Below are positions 55,285 through 64,000 of a stretch of 64,000 nt of DNA, in pieces. Under the pieces are notes generated by a model. It worked only from the letters and a program-made list of their open reading frames with translations. It was not told the origin of the DNA and ran no database searches. Source of the stretch: Salinispira sp. (GTDB taxonomy: Bacteria > Spirochaetota > Spirochaetia > DSM-27196 > Salinispiraceae); the NCBI GenBank assembly GCA_965602015.1, contig OZ271918.1:3616001-3680000 (forward strand), written 5' to 3'. The position numbers and the translations under genes were made by a program. Positions within the stretch are counted from its first letter, which is position 1. Each line of letters opens with the position of its first letter.

Positions 55285-57186
55285 CTATGGTGCCGAGTCC
55301 TGGTCCGCCGAGGGCTGCCCTGCCGAGTCCTGGTCCGCCGAGGGCTGCCCTGCCGAGTCCTGGTCCGCCGAGCCTTGATCCGTAAAATACTCCACAAATG
55401 CCTCGGCGAGTTGGAGGGGTATTCCCGTGCGCTGCTGAATTTCCTTTGGACCAGCTTCCAAGGCCTTATCATAGCTGCTGAACTCCGCAAGAAGCTGCTG
55501 GCTCCTGCGGGGGCCGAATCCCGGTATCTCCAGGATTTGGAGATCCAGGTCGCGGTTGCGCTGTTTTTGATTGAGGGTGGTGCCGAAGCGGTGGGCTTCA
55601 TCTCTGACGGCCTGAAGAACCCGAAGTGCCGGAGTGCCCGGAGGCAGTAACAGACCCTGGCTTTGTCCGGGCAGGAAAATCTCCTCTTCGCGCTTGGCAA
55701 GTCCGAGGATGGGCTGGCCGCGCAGACCGAGGGATTCCAGGATTGCGCAAGCCGCATTGAGCTGCCCTTTTCCGCCGTCTATCAGTATCAGATCCGGCAT
55801 ATCTTTTTTCTCATTGACGATCCTGCTGTATCGTCGTGCCATGGCTTCCCGCATCGCCTCGTAATCGTCTATTTTCCCCTTGAGGCTTTTGATATTGAAA
55901 TAGCGATATTCCTGTTTGTCCGGAACCCCGTTGCGGAAGCTTACCAGGGCTGCGACGGTGAATTTTCCCTGCAGCTGGGCAATGTCGAAGCCCTCAATCC
56001 GACGGGGAAGCTTCGGAAGTCGCAGCACCTTTTTCAGCTCCGCTATGCCCTCTTCATCGCCGATTTCCCTGGCCCGCTTGAAGCTGTCCTGACGGGCGTT
56101 TTCCTCGGCCATGGTCAGAAGGCTGGCGTCACGGGAGGATTCGGGCTTGACGATGGCAATTTCCCTCGGCTTTTCGTTTTCATCCTTCCGATCAAGTTCT
56201 TCCGTCAGGAAGCGTTCCAGGGACTGCCGGTCGACGGACCCGGGTTTGAGGAATATTTTGGCGGGGAGCTTCCGGTATTCCTGATAGTAACGGATGATAA
56301 ACTGCTCGAGATTATCCGCCGGCTCGCTGCTGGAAAAGCTCCTGCTCCGGAATATATCGGTTCCGACCAGTCGGCCCTGCCGCATCTGGAAGACTACAAA
56401 TGAAATCAGACCTTCATGCTCGTGGCTGGCAATGTAATCCCGGCTTTCAGGGTCGAAGTCATTAACCAGCTGATTGTTTTCTATGGTTTCAACGGCGTAC
56501 AAATTGTCTCTCAGACCGGCTGCTTTTTCGTATTCCTGCTTTTGGGACGCTTCGAGCATTCTCGATTGAATGTCTTTTTTAAGTTCCTCTGGGGGTTCGC
56601 TGAGCAGCTTTGATATTTCCTCCGCCCGTTTTGCATAGTCGGATTGGGAAATCAGGCCGGCGCAGGGCCCAGGGCATTTTCCTATGTGATAATAGAGGCA
56701 GGGGTGCTCCCGCTTTTTTAATGTGCCCTTGCACTTGCGAAGGGGAAACAGGTTGTCTACGAGTTCGAGATAGGTGTCTATTGCTTTGACGTCGGCGTAG
56801 GGGCCGAAATAACGGGAACCGTCCTGAATTATTCGCCTCGTTCGGAAGATCCGGGGGTATTCATCGTTGGTGATCCTGATAACCGGGTAAGTCTTCCCGT
56901 CCTTAAGATTGATGTTATATCGCGGGTTATGCTCTTTGATCAGGTTGTTTTCCAGGATCAGGGCCTCGTACTCATTGTCCGTCACGACGAAGTCGATGCT
57001 CCTGATTTTTGTCACCAGGGTGCTGGTCTTAACATCCCTGCCGGAGAGGAAATAGGACCGCACCCTGTTGCGAAGGCGTTTGGCTTTGCCGACGTATATT
57101 ATTTCTCCGTCGGCATTCTTCATGAGATAGACACCTGGTGCATCGGGAAAATCCGAAATGCTGTTTTTGATCTCCTGGAGATTCAA
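55285..57186 (-). CDS. uvrC: Excinuclease ABC subunit C
   Basis: PGVYLM/YVGKAK GIY-YIG, IEGFDI, IDGGKGQ, RDEAHRF. Confidence 0.98.
   Translation of the reverse strand: MNLQEIKNSISDFPDAPGVYLMKNADGEIIYVGKAKRLRNRVRSYFLSGRDVKTSTLVTKIRSIDFVVTDNEYEALILENNLIKEHNPRYNINLKDGKTYPVIRITNDEYPRIFRTRRIIQDGSRYFGPYADVKAIDTYLELVDNLFPLRKCKGTLKKREHPCLYYHIGKCPGPCAGLISQSDYAKRAEEISKLLSEPPEELKKDIQSRMLEASQKQEYEKAAGLRDNLYAVETIENNQLVNDFDPESRDYIASHEHEGLISFVVFQMRQGRLVGTDIFRSRSFSSSEPADNLEQFIIRYYQEYRKLPAKIFLKPGSVDRQSLERFLTEELDRKDENEKPREIAIVKPESSRDASLLTMAEENARQDSFKRAREIGDEEGIAELKKVLRLPKLPRRIEGFDIAQLQGKFTVAALVSFRNGVPDKQEYRYFNIKSLKGKIDDYEAMREAMARRYSRIVNEKKDMPDLILIDGGKGQLNAACAILESLGLRGQPILGLAKREEEIFLPGQSQGLLLPPGTPALRVLQAVRDEAHRFGTTLNQKQRNRDLDLQILEIPGFGPRRSQQLLAEFSSYDKALEAGPKEIQQRTGIPLQLAEAFVEYFTDQGSADQDSAGQPSADQDSAGQPSADQDSAP
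55291..55372. repeat. 30-bp tandem repeat (2.7 copies) at uvrC 3' end
   Basis: TGCCGAGTCCTGGTCCGCCGAGGGCTGCCC at 55291, 55321, partial 55351. Confidence 0.95.
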
Positions 57187-57247
57187 TTTTACTTATGACT
57201 CCTTCTGCCGATATATAAGGTACAGAACTATGCCCGGAAAAAAAAGC

Positions 57248-58804
57248 ATGCGATACAGACTCATCACTATCTTATTTGCCTTCATTGCCGTCAGCTCGGA
57301 CGTCTATGCCCTGGATTACCAGGCAATCGTTGCGCCGGCGGAACAGCTGCTCGAGGAATTTTCTTCCGGCGTCCAGATCGTGCCGGGACTTTGGGAGCAA
57401 AATGCCCTCGCCCTCGCGGACAGCGAATATCTGCCCGATGAACACACCGAATTGCTGCTTAATTTTAATGGAAATACCGTCGGCGAACTCATGGAAAGCG
57501 GCGCTCTGTACGGGGTGGCAGCCTCCGGTGCGCGGATACAGCAGATGGAGCGCTACCGGGGATCCGGCTCGGCAATGGTTTTGCCGGGAAGGGGTATCGA
57601 CCTGATTGCCGGACAGGGGAGTATGTTTTATCCGGGCACAGCGTGGAATGATTTTTCCATGGAATTCTGGATATATCCCGCAGGCTTCCGCGACGGTGAA
57701 ACAGTTTTTTCCTGGAATGGTACCAGCTGGCTGGGCGAAGAGCCCGTCCTGCAGGAAATCAGGGTATCTGCCCGACGGGGAAGATTGACCTGGGAGTTTG
57801 ATGACTTTTTTATCCGGCTCGGTCTTGTTCCGGAGCAGGGGGTTTCAGTGTTAAGCAGCACTGTGAGCCTCGAGAGCCGTAGAGAAATATTGCCGAGAAC
57901 CTGGAGTCATCATTTGGTGCGCTATGACAGCTCCAGCGGAGCCCTGGAATATCTCATCGACGGGATCAGTGAGGCGATCACCTACGTCAGCGACACTGGC
58001 CGAGAGGGTGGGGAGCCGCTGTTACCCTATGTGGGGGATGAGTCGGAAAATCGAATTCGAATAGCCCCTAATTTCCACGGGTTTGTCGATGAGTTTCGAA
58101 TTCAACGGGAGTGGGTCAGCGAGCCGACCCTCGAAATTGCAGAGGATAGTCCGGGGATAGCCCTTGTGGGACCGGTAGACCTGGGAGATGACAGTGTGCG
58201 GATAACCGGGTTTTCAGCGGAGTTCCGGACTCCCGGAAACACAGACTTGAGGTTTTCGATTATGCAACGGGATGCCTATTCCCCAATCAGCGCCGATCAG
58301 ATTACTGATGACCGTTTTTGGTCCTTCGTCGAGCCTGGGTCGATTGACCCTCAGCTTTCAGGCAATGCATCCGGCAGGTACGTATATATGAGGGTGGAAT
58401 TCCTCCCCGACGGCAGTGATGCGAACATTCCGCTGCTTCAAACTGTCAGGCTCAGCTACCGTCGTCAGCCTGCGCCGCCGGCCCCGGCGGCTATTCGCAG
58501 CGTCGCGGGTAACAGTTCGGTATTTCTCAGTTGGAGCGATATTCCCAGTGCTCCCGTAGAGGGCTATCTCCTGTACTACGGCGACAGTCCGGGCCAGTAC
58601 TTCGGTACTGATTCGGACCTCGGCCCTAGTCCCGTTGATTTGGGTAATGTGAGATTTGCTGACGTGACCGGCCTCGAAAACGGCAAAATGTATTATTTTC
58701 GTATAGCAAGCTATAATAACTACAACAGTCCGCAAAGCGGTCTGTATAAAGAGCGAAATATCAGCAGGGAGGTTTTCGCGCGACCGTCGCGAACTCTGGA
58801 ATGA
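57248..58804 (+). CDS. Secreted LamG-like + fibronectin type III protein
   Basis: Signal peptide; FSMEFWI, WSHH, FHGFVDEFRI; LSW..GY..Y, GLENGKMYYFRI. Confidence 0.85.
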   Translation: MRYRLITILFAFIAVSSDVYALDYQAIVAPAEQLLEEFSSGVQIVPGLWEQNALALADSEYLPDEHTELLLNFNGNTVGELMESGALYGVAASGARIQQMERYRGSGSAMVLPGRGIDLIAGQGSMFYPGTAWNDFSMEFWIYPAGFRDGETVFSWNGTSWLGEEPVLQEIRVSARRGRLTWEFDDFFIRLGLVPEQGVSVLSSTVSLESRREILPRTWSHHLVRYDSSSGALEYLIDGISEAITYVSDTGREGGEPLLPYVGDESENRIRIAPNFHGFVDEFRIQREWVSEPTLEIAEDSPGIALVGPVDLGDDSVRITGFSAEFRTPGNTDLRFSIMQRDAYSPISADQITDDRFWSFVEPGSIDPQLSGNASGRYVYMRVEFLPDGSDANIPLLQTVRLSYRRQPAPPAPAAIRSVAGNSSVFLSWSDIPSAPVEGYLLYYGDSPGQYFGTDSDLGPSPVDLGNVRFADVTGLENGKMYYFRIASYNNYNSPQSGLYKERNISREVFARPSRTLE

Positions 58805-61800
58805 AACGTAGCGCACTCGAAGAAATGATCGGTCGGGCGAGACACGCCTATACCCTTCATGATTATGAAACTGCTGAAAATCTCGCCCTGGAAGTGGTAA
58901 AGGCCGCGCCGAAATCCGCCGCCCCGCGAATATTGCTCGGCACGATTTATGGAAGCCAAAAAAGATACGACGAAGCCGAACGGTTTTTCCTGGAAGCCCT
59001 GGATATCCGGGGGGACATCCCCGAAGGCTACAATAACCTGGGGGTTATTTACCGGATACAGGGTCGGTACGAGGAAGCTGAGTTTGCCCTGAAAAAAGCC
59101 CTGGAACTCAGTCCCGATAGGGGCGATATCTTCTACAACCTGGGAAATATCTATAAGGAACAGCAGCGGAGCATCGACGCCGTCGATGCGTATGAGAACA
59201 GCATACGTATTAATCCAGATTTTATTTTAGCGTACAATAATCTGGGAACCCTGTACGAGAAGTCCGGTGATTATGAGAAGGCTCTGGAAGTCTACGGCAG
59301 GGCTCTGGAACGGGATTCAAATCACCCGACCATACTCTATAACCGGGGCATAAGCCTTCAGGCTCTCGAACGCCTGGAAGACGCTGAGAAGAGCTTTCGC
59401 TCAGCGCTCAACAGCCGCCCCGGCTGGACCGATGCCCTCAACAATCTGGGTATCTCCCTCCAAAAACAGAACCGCCTCGATGAATCCGGTGAAGCGTTCA
59501 AGGAAATACTCAGGCTCGACCCGAATAATTTTACCGCGCAGAACAATCTCGCCACGACCTATCTTCATCAAGGCTGGACGGAAGACGCCCAACAGCTCTA
59601 CCGAAAGGCTCTCAAAAAGAATCCCCAGTATTCGAAGGCAGCGGTCAATCTCAGCCATATGATCAGTAGGCGGGAAAGTGATGAGTCCGGTCTGGATGAA
59701 CTCGCCGGGCTGCTGGAAGCTAATCCTGATAACAGCGAACTGAAATTCCGTTACGCTCAAAGCCTGTACAAGGCAAAGAAGTACCGGGAATCCGAAGGCC
59801 TCATTTTGGAACTTATCGGGGAATCACCTGACAATCCGGATTACCTGCGCCATGCCGGGCTTCTGTACTCGGCGATGGGCCAGCCGGATCAAAGCAGCAA
59901 ATACTTCGATAAGCTGCTTGCGGTCAAGCCCGATGCCCAGGACTATCTGATAGAGCTGGCTGAACAGCAGTTTGCAAGCGGAAAGCACAGCGAAGCGATG
60001 GGTCTGCTGAGGGACTACATCCAGATCTACCCCCGGGATTACCGATCGCGTAAAACCTTGGCGGAATATGCCATGAGGCGAGGAGATTATAACACCGCGC
60101 TCCAGGTTTTACAGGAAATCAAAACCGACTATCCGGAAGACGGGGCAGTGCTTGCCCTCCTGGCCCAGGTATATCAGCACCTGAACCAAAAAAATGAGGC
60201 GATTGAAACGGCGGTCGAGCTTATTAATTTGCAGGGCAGCCGGGCGAACTCCGATGACCTGAGTGCCTTGAACGAAAGTCTTGCGCTGTACGAGCAGGCT
60301 GCGGGGGCATTCGACGAGGATTTTGGCGACGCCTGGGCTGAGAATCTCGAGCGTCTGGGCGCCATAGGCAGCGATGCCGATGTGGAAGACGACGGCGAAG
60401 CCTATGACATGGAGGTAACCGACGGCTACGAGGAAGATCTGGTTCCGATTCTCGATTTCGGCGGTGATAATTTCTTTCTTGAAGAGATGGACTTCGAGGA
60501 TGACGATGACATGCTCGAGGAAGAGGTCGAGGAAGTTGAGGAAGAGCTCGATGAACTCGCGCCGAATCTCATGAGTCTGGTTGACGGCGGTTCGGGAAAC
60601 GAAAGCGCTTTTGCACCGTACGATACCCCGGCGTCGCCGCCGGCCGCGCCCAGCCTCCAGCCCCAACAGCCCCAACAGTCGCCGCCGGCCGCGCCCAGCC
60701 TCCAGCCCCAACAGCCCCAACAGCCGCCGCCGGCCGCGCCGAGCCCCCAGCCCCAACAGCCGCCGCCGGCCGCGCCGAGCCCCCAACCCCAACAGCCGCC
60801 GCCGGCCGCGCCGAGCCCCCAGCCCCAACAGCCGCCGCCGGCCGCGCCGAGCCCCCAGCCCCAACAGCCGCCGCCGGCCGCGCCGAGCCCCCAGCCCCAA
60901 CAGCCGCCGCCGGCCGCGCCGAGCCCCCAGCCCCAACAGCCGCCGCAAGCCGCACCGAGCCCCCAACCCCAACAGCCGCCGCCGGCCGCCCCAAGCCCCC
61001 AACCCCAACAGCCGCCGCCGGCCGCCCCAAGCCCCCAACCCCCGGCATCACCGGAGCCCAGGGCGCGTGACGGACATCCCCCGGAATCTGCAGCCGAGGA
61101 AGAGTTTGCCGAACCCTCTGTCGACCTGCTACCCGATGAAAACGAGGCTTCTGAAGATATTCCGCAGAGTGGTAATGCTGACGACCCTTCCTCCGAAGAT
61201 GAGACATCCCAAGAGGATGAAGAGACCGCCGACTTTGACGGGTATTTTGATGAGCCCGGCGATGAAGGTCCTCACATCCCCGACGATCAGATTCTCCCCG
61301 AGGATGAACCTGTCGAGCTGGCGGATGACATGTTCGACCATGACGTGTTTTCCGACGATGATGATCCGGATGATATGGTCGATGAACTCGACCCGGATCC
61401 GGAGCAGCCGATTGCTGATTCCTTGGAGGATTCCGATAATGAGCTGCCGGTTTTCGAGGATGAGGCTGTTGAGGATGAGGGTATTGAAGATGGAGAGGCC
61501 GAAGAGCCCGAGTCTGATTATCTTCCCGAGGCGGGGTCGCATTCGGATTTTGATGATGACATAGACGAGTCCCGGGACGAGGTCCCCGAAGAGGACACGG
61601 TTATCGATTACGGTCTTGGTGAAGAAGATGCTCCGGATGATGAACTTGGCGAACTTGAGGAGCTGGAGGAACTCGATGAGCTTGACGAGCCCCTTCCCGA
61701 GGAAGATAACGCGCCCGAATCGGCGGAGCAGGAACCTAAAGGGCCTCCCCTCGGTTCCTCGGTTTCTTCTGAACCGGAACCCCGGGCTGTTGCCGGCGTC

Positions 61801-62268
61801 AGCAATGAGGCCTCGGCGAAAATGTTCGATTACCTGTTGAGTCTCGCTGGCAATCTTCCGGAGGGCAAGCAAAAGGCCATGGAGCTTCAGGAGTTGGGTG
61901 ACCGGGTGACCCGATTGAAGGAAAAACTGATGGCAGGGGGTGTTCCGACGGTGAGGGATATTCCTGATGATCAGCCTCCGGTCAGCGCCACATCGACGGC
62001 ACATGCCGGCGAAGGGCCTTCACCCGAATCCTCGGCCCCGGGGAAAACCCTGACAAATGAATCGGCCCCCCGGCGTTCAGCGGCCCCCGCGGATTCCGGT
62101 AAATCCGAGGAAGTCTCGAAGGGTAACCCCCTTGCAAGCCTGTTCGAAACTCTTCGCTTCGCCAAAGACCTCTCGGAGGCGGTGCCCGACGCGGATGCTG
62201 AACGGCTCAGGGGTAAGATGCGGAATATCCGGGATAAGCTGCGTAAGATCAATGAACGGCTGAATTAG
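58801..62268 (+). CDS. Large TPR protein with Pro/Gln-rich and acidic low-complexity regions
   Basis: Repeated YNNLG TPR motifs; acidic tail. Confidence 0.92.
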   Translation: MKRSALEEMIGRARHAYTLHDYETAENLALEVVKAAPKSAAPRILLGTIYGSQKRYDEAERFFLEALDIRGDIPEGYNNLGVIYRIQGRYEEAEFALKKALELSPDRGDIFYNLGNIYKEQQRSIDAVDAYENSIRINPDFILAYNNLGTLYEKSGDYEKALEVYGRALERDSNHPTILYNRGISLQALERLEDAEKSFRSALNSRPGWTDALNNLGISLQKQNRLDESGEAFKEILRLDPNNFTAQNNLATTYLHQGWTEDAQQLYRKALKKNPQYSKAAVNLSHMISRRESDESGLDELAGLLEANPDNSELKFRYAQSLYKAKKYRESEGLILELIGESPDNPDYLRHAGLLYSAMGQPDQSSKYFDKLLAVKPDAQDYLIELAEQQFASGKHSEAMGLLRDYIQIYPRDYRSRKTLAEYAMRRGDYNTALQVLQEIKTDYPEDGAVLALLAQVYQHLNQKNEAIETAVELINLQGSRANSDDLSALNESLALYEQAAGAFDEDFGDAWAENLERLGAIGSDADVEDDGEAYDMEVTDGYEEDLVPILDFGGDNFFLEEMDFEDDDDMLEEEVEEVEEELDELAPNLMSLVDGGSGNESAFAPYDTPASPPAAPSLQPQQPQQSPPAAPSLQPQQPQQPPPAAPSPQPQQPPPAAPSPQPQQPPPAAPSPQPQQPPPAAPSPQPQQPPPAAPSPQPQQPPPAAPSPQPQQPPQAAPSPQPQQPPPAAPSPQPQQPPPAAPSPQPPASPEPRARDGHPPESAAEEEFAEPSVDLLPDENEASEDIPQSGNADDPSSEDETSQEDEETADFDGYFDEPGDEGPHIPDDQILPEDEPVELADDMFDHDVFSDDDDPDDMVDELDPDPEQPIADSLEDSDNELPVFEDEAVEDEGIEDGEAEEPESDYLPEAGSHSDFDDDIDESRDEVPEEDTVIDYGLGEEDAPDDELGELEELEELDELDEPLPEEDNAPESAEQEPKGPPLGSSVSSEPEPRAVAGVSNEASAKMFDYLLSLAGNLPEGKQKAMELQELGDRVTRLKEKLMAGGVPTVRDIPDDQPPVSATSTAHAGEGPSPESSAPGKTLTNESAPRRSAAPADSGKSEEVSKGNPLASLFETLRFAKDLSEAVPDADAERLRGKMRNIRDKLRKINERLN
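60634..61041 (+). repeat. In-frame tandem repeat: 2 x 45 bp + ~9 x 36 bp (PPPAAPSPQPQQ)
   Basis: Near-identical units read directly. Confidence 0.95.
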
Positions 62269-62275
62269 CGGAATA

Positions 62276-62303
62276 TTGACAGCCCGGCGGGAAACGCTAT
62301 AAT
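62276..62303 (+). promoter_or_regulatory. Sigma-70 promoter of pheST leader
   Basis: TTGACA-N16-TATAAT. Confidence 0.8.
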
Positions 62304-62315
62304 ACTGATACGATA

Positions 62316-62399
62316 ATGAAAACCCGAATACCTCGAGACAGTTTTTTCTTCTTTTTTAGCGTTAGCGGATGCGAGGAATCCGGGATTCTCCATAGATAA
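62316..62399 (+). CDS. Phe-rich leader peptide (pheM-like), 27 aa
   Basis: MKTRIPRDSFFFFFSVSGCEESGILHR*, five consecutive Phe codons. Confidence 0.85.
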   Translation: MKTRIPRDSFFFFFSVSGCEESGILHR

Positions 62400-62419
62400 T
62401 AAATCTACGGGAGCAAAAC

Positions 62420-62452
62420 GGATTCCTCTGGAAAGGGGAATCCTTTTTTTTT
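62420..62452 (+). terminator. Attenuator terminator of pheST
   Basis: GGATTCCTC-TGGAAA-GGGGAATCC + T9. Confidence 0.9.
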
Positions 62453-62523
62453 AGTCGCTGCTTCCGGTCTTATCCCGGGGGGCCGGATGCCGGCGCTTAC
62501 AGCGATATAAATAGGAGCGATGT

Positions 62524-63567
62524 ATGGATCAGAAGCTTCAACAGATGATGGCGGATTTCCACAAGGGGATTCCATCGGTCTCTTCACTTCCCGAGATGGC
62601 TCAGTTCAAAGCCGAGTATCTCGGAAAAAAGGGCCGACTCAAGGCACTCATGTCCGGCATGAGGGATATGTCCCCCGAAGAGCGGAGCAGTTTCGGCGCT
62701 ATGGCAAACCGGTCAAAGGAAGAGATGGAGACTGCCATCGCCGAGGCCGGCACCCGCATTGAAATGGAAGAAATTAATAAAAAACTCGAGGCTGACTGGC
62801 AGGATATCAGCTTGACTGACCGAATCAAGGATCTCGGTCAGCAGGCCGCGGGCTTTCATCCTGTCAGCGGCGTCATGCGGGAGCTTGAAGACATCTTTCT
62901 TTCCATGGGCTTTGATATCCTTGACGGTCCCCACATTGAAGATGAGTATCATAATTTCACCGCGCTTAATATTCCGGCCAATCATCCCGCCAGGGACATG
63001 CAGGATACGTTTTGGTTTACCGATAAAAAGCATCTGCTCCGAACTCACACCTCACCCATACAGATTCGGGGTATGGAACAGCACAAACCTCCTTTCAAAT
63101 TCGTCGGTCCCGGCAAGGTCTTCCGCTGCGAAGCCCTGGATGCCAGCCATGAGGCCGCTTTTCATCAGCTTGAAGGCATGATGGTCGGAAAAGATATTTC
63201 CGTATCGCATATGATCCACTTCCTGCGCACCCTGCTTGCGGAAATATTCCGTAGGGAGATAAAGGTCAGGCTCCGTCCGGGGTTTTTCCCCTTTGTTGAG
63301 CCGGGCTTCGAACTGGATTACGAATGCATGATCTGCAAGGGCAAGGGCTGTTCGGTCTGCAAACAGGTCGGCTGGGTCGAGGCCCTGGGCTGCGGAATGG
63401 TTCACCCCAACGTCCTGAAGGCCGGGGGTATAAATCCCGAAGAATGGAACGGTTTTGCATTCGGTCTGGGGGTCGACCGTCTCACCATGATGCGCTACCA
63501 GATAGACGACATCCGCCACCTTCACGGCGGAAACCTGCTCTTTTCCGAGCAGTTCAAGGCGTACTAA
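62524..63567 (+). CDS. pheS: Phenylalanyl-tRNA synthetase alpha subunit
   Basis: HPARDMQDTF, LRTHTS, FHQLEG, FPFVEP, GFAFGLG. Confidence 0.99.
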   Translation: MDQKLQQMMADFHKGIPSVSSLPEMAQFKAEYLGKKGRLKALMSGMRDMSPEERSSFGAMANRSKEEMETAIAEAGTRIEMEEINKKLEADWQDISLTDRIKDLGQQAAGFHPVSGVMRELEDIFLSMGFDILDGPHIEDEYHNFTALNIPANHPARDMQDTFWFTDKKHLLRTHTSPIQIRGMEQHKPPFKFVGPGKVFRCEALDASHEAAFHQLEGMMVGKDISVSHMIHFLRTLLAEIFRREIKVRLRPGFFPFVEPGFELDYECMICKGKGCSVCKQVGWVEALGCGMVHPNVLKAGGINPEEWNGFAFGLGVDRLTMMRYQIDDIRHLHGGNLLFSEQFKAY

Positions 63568-63586
63568 GGAAACGGGGGAAGACGAT

Positions 63587-64000
63587 ATGAAAATTAGTCT
63601 GGATTGGATACAGGACTTCACTGAGCTTCCGTCGGATCTCAGTCCGCAGGAAATCGGCGCCCGGTTTACCCTGTCGACCTGCGAGGTCGAGGGAGTGGAG
63701 GTGAGCAATGCACATCTGGAGGAGGTTACGGTAGCCGAAGTGACTGCCGTCGAGCCCCATCCCGAGGCCGATAAGCTTCAGTTGGTGAGATTCTCCACCG
63801 GCGACGGCGAGCGACAGGTGGTCTGCGGCGCGCCGAATGTGGCGGTAGGCCAGAAAGTCCCCTTCGCCCCGGTTGGAACAACCCTTCCCATAGGCTTCAC
63901 CCTGGAGCCGAAAAAAATCCGCGGCGTTCTAAGCGAGGGCATGCTCTGCGCCGAGGATGAGCTCGGTCTTGGAGAGGGCCATGAAGGGCTGCTGATTCTC
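63587..64000 (+). CDS. pheT: Phenylalanyl-tRNA synthetase beta subunit, 3'-partial
   Basis: MKISLDWI, HPEADKL, VCGAPNV, IRGVLSEGMLC. Confidence 0.95.
   Translation, partial: MKISLDWIQDFTELPSDLSPQEIGARFTLSTCEVEGVEVSNAHLEEVTVAEVTAVEPHPEADKLQLVRFSTGDGERQVVCGAPNVAVGQKVPFAPVGTTLPIGFTLEPKKIRGVLSEGMLCAEDELGLGEGHEGLLIL

Noticed and set aside
43108..56403. Many antisense ORFs over housekeeping genes
   Set aside because: Expected shadows in GC-rich coding DNA; no motifs or RBS support
60634..61041. Possible CRISPR array
   Set aside because: Units are contiguous with no unique spacers and are in frame within a CDS; no cas genes seen
60109..62004. Long alternative-frame ORFs (309, 212, 327, 291 aa)
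   Set aside because: Shadows of the GC-rich repeat and acidic region of the TPR gene

Overview
The window has two parts. (1) Bases ~1-35,240 are a visibly more AT-rich integrated element sitting at the 3' end of a tRNA-Leu(CAG) gene (35230-35313, minus). It carries a tyrosine integrase and excisionase-like HTH, a phage-type replication initiator with an internal iteron origin, ParA plus a small partner, a second tyrosine recombinase, a DNA-modification block (two C5-MTases, an MT-A70 MTase, a 5-hmdU-DNA-kinase-like helical protein, DUF5131) and a defence/TA-like cargo block (PIN, GIY-YIG, DUF4258, RES, VapBC45-like, SMI1/KNR4). An IS3/IS51 element and a DDE+ExeA element are also present. I recognise no capsid, tail, relaxase or T4SS genes. 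(2) Bases ~35,360-64,000 are GC-richer housekeeping backbone with a spirochaete-like gene order (inferred): hsp20s, ymdB, lipB, cheBR, pyrG-lptCAB-rpoN-hpf-hprK-ptsH, ntrYX-like, lexA, holA, uvrC, pheST. The most interesting signal is a candidate self-contained transient-expression programme on the element. A sigma-70 region-2-only protein (31007-31753) co-occurs with nine co-oriented intergenic copies of TTTCGTTCATATA upstream of minus-strand genes, and eight element proteins end in an ssrA-like Ala-Ala degron, whereas no backbone protein does. A second motif (AAAAGCATAGTTA) marks the int/xis/rep genes. All family calls come from motif recognition by eye; no database searches were run.
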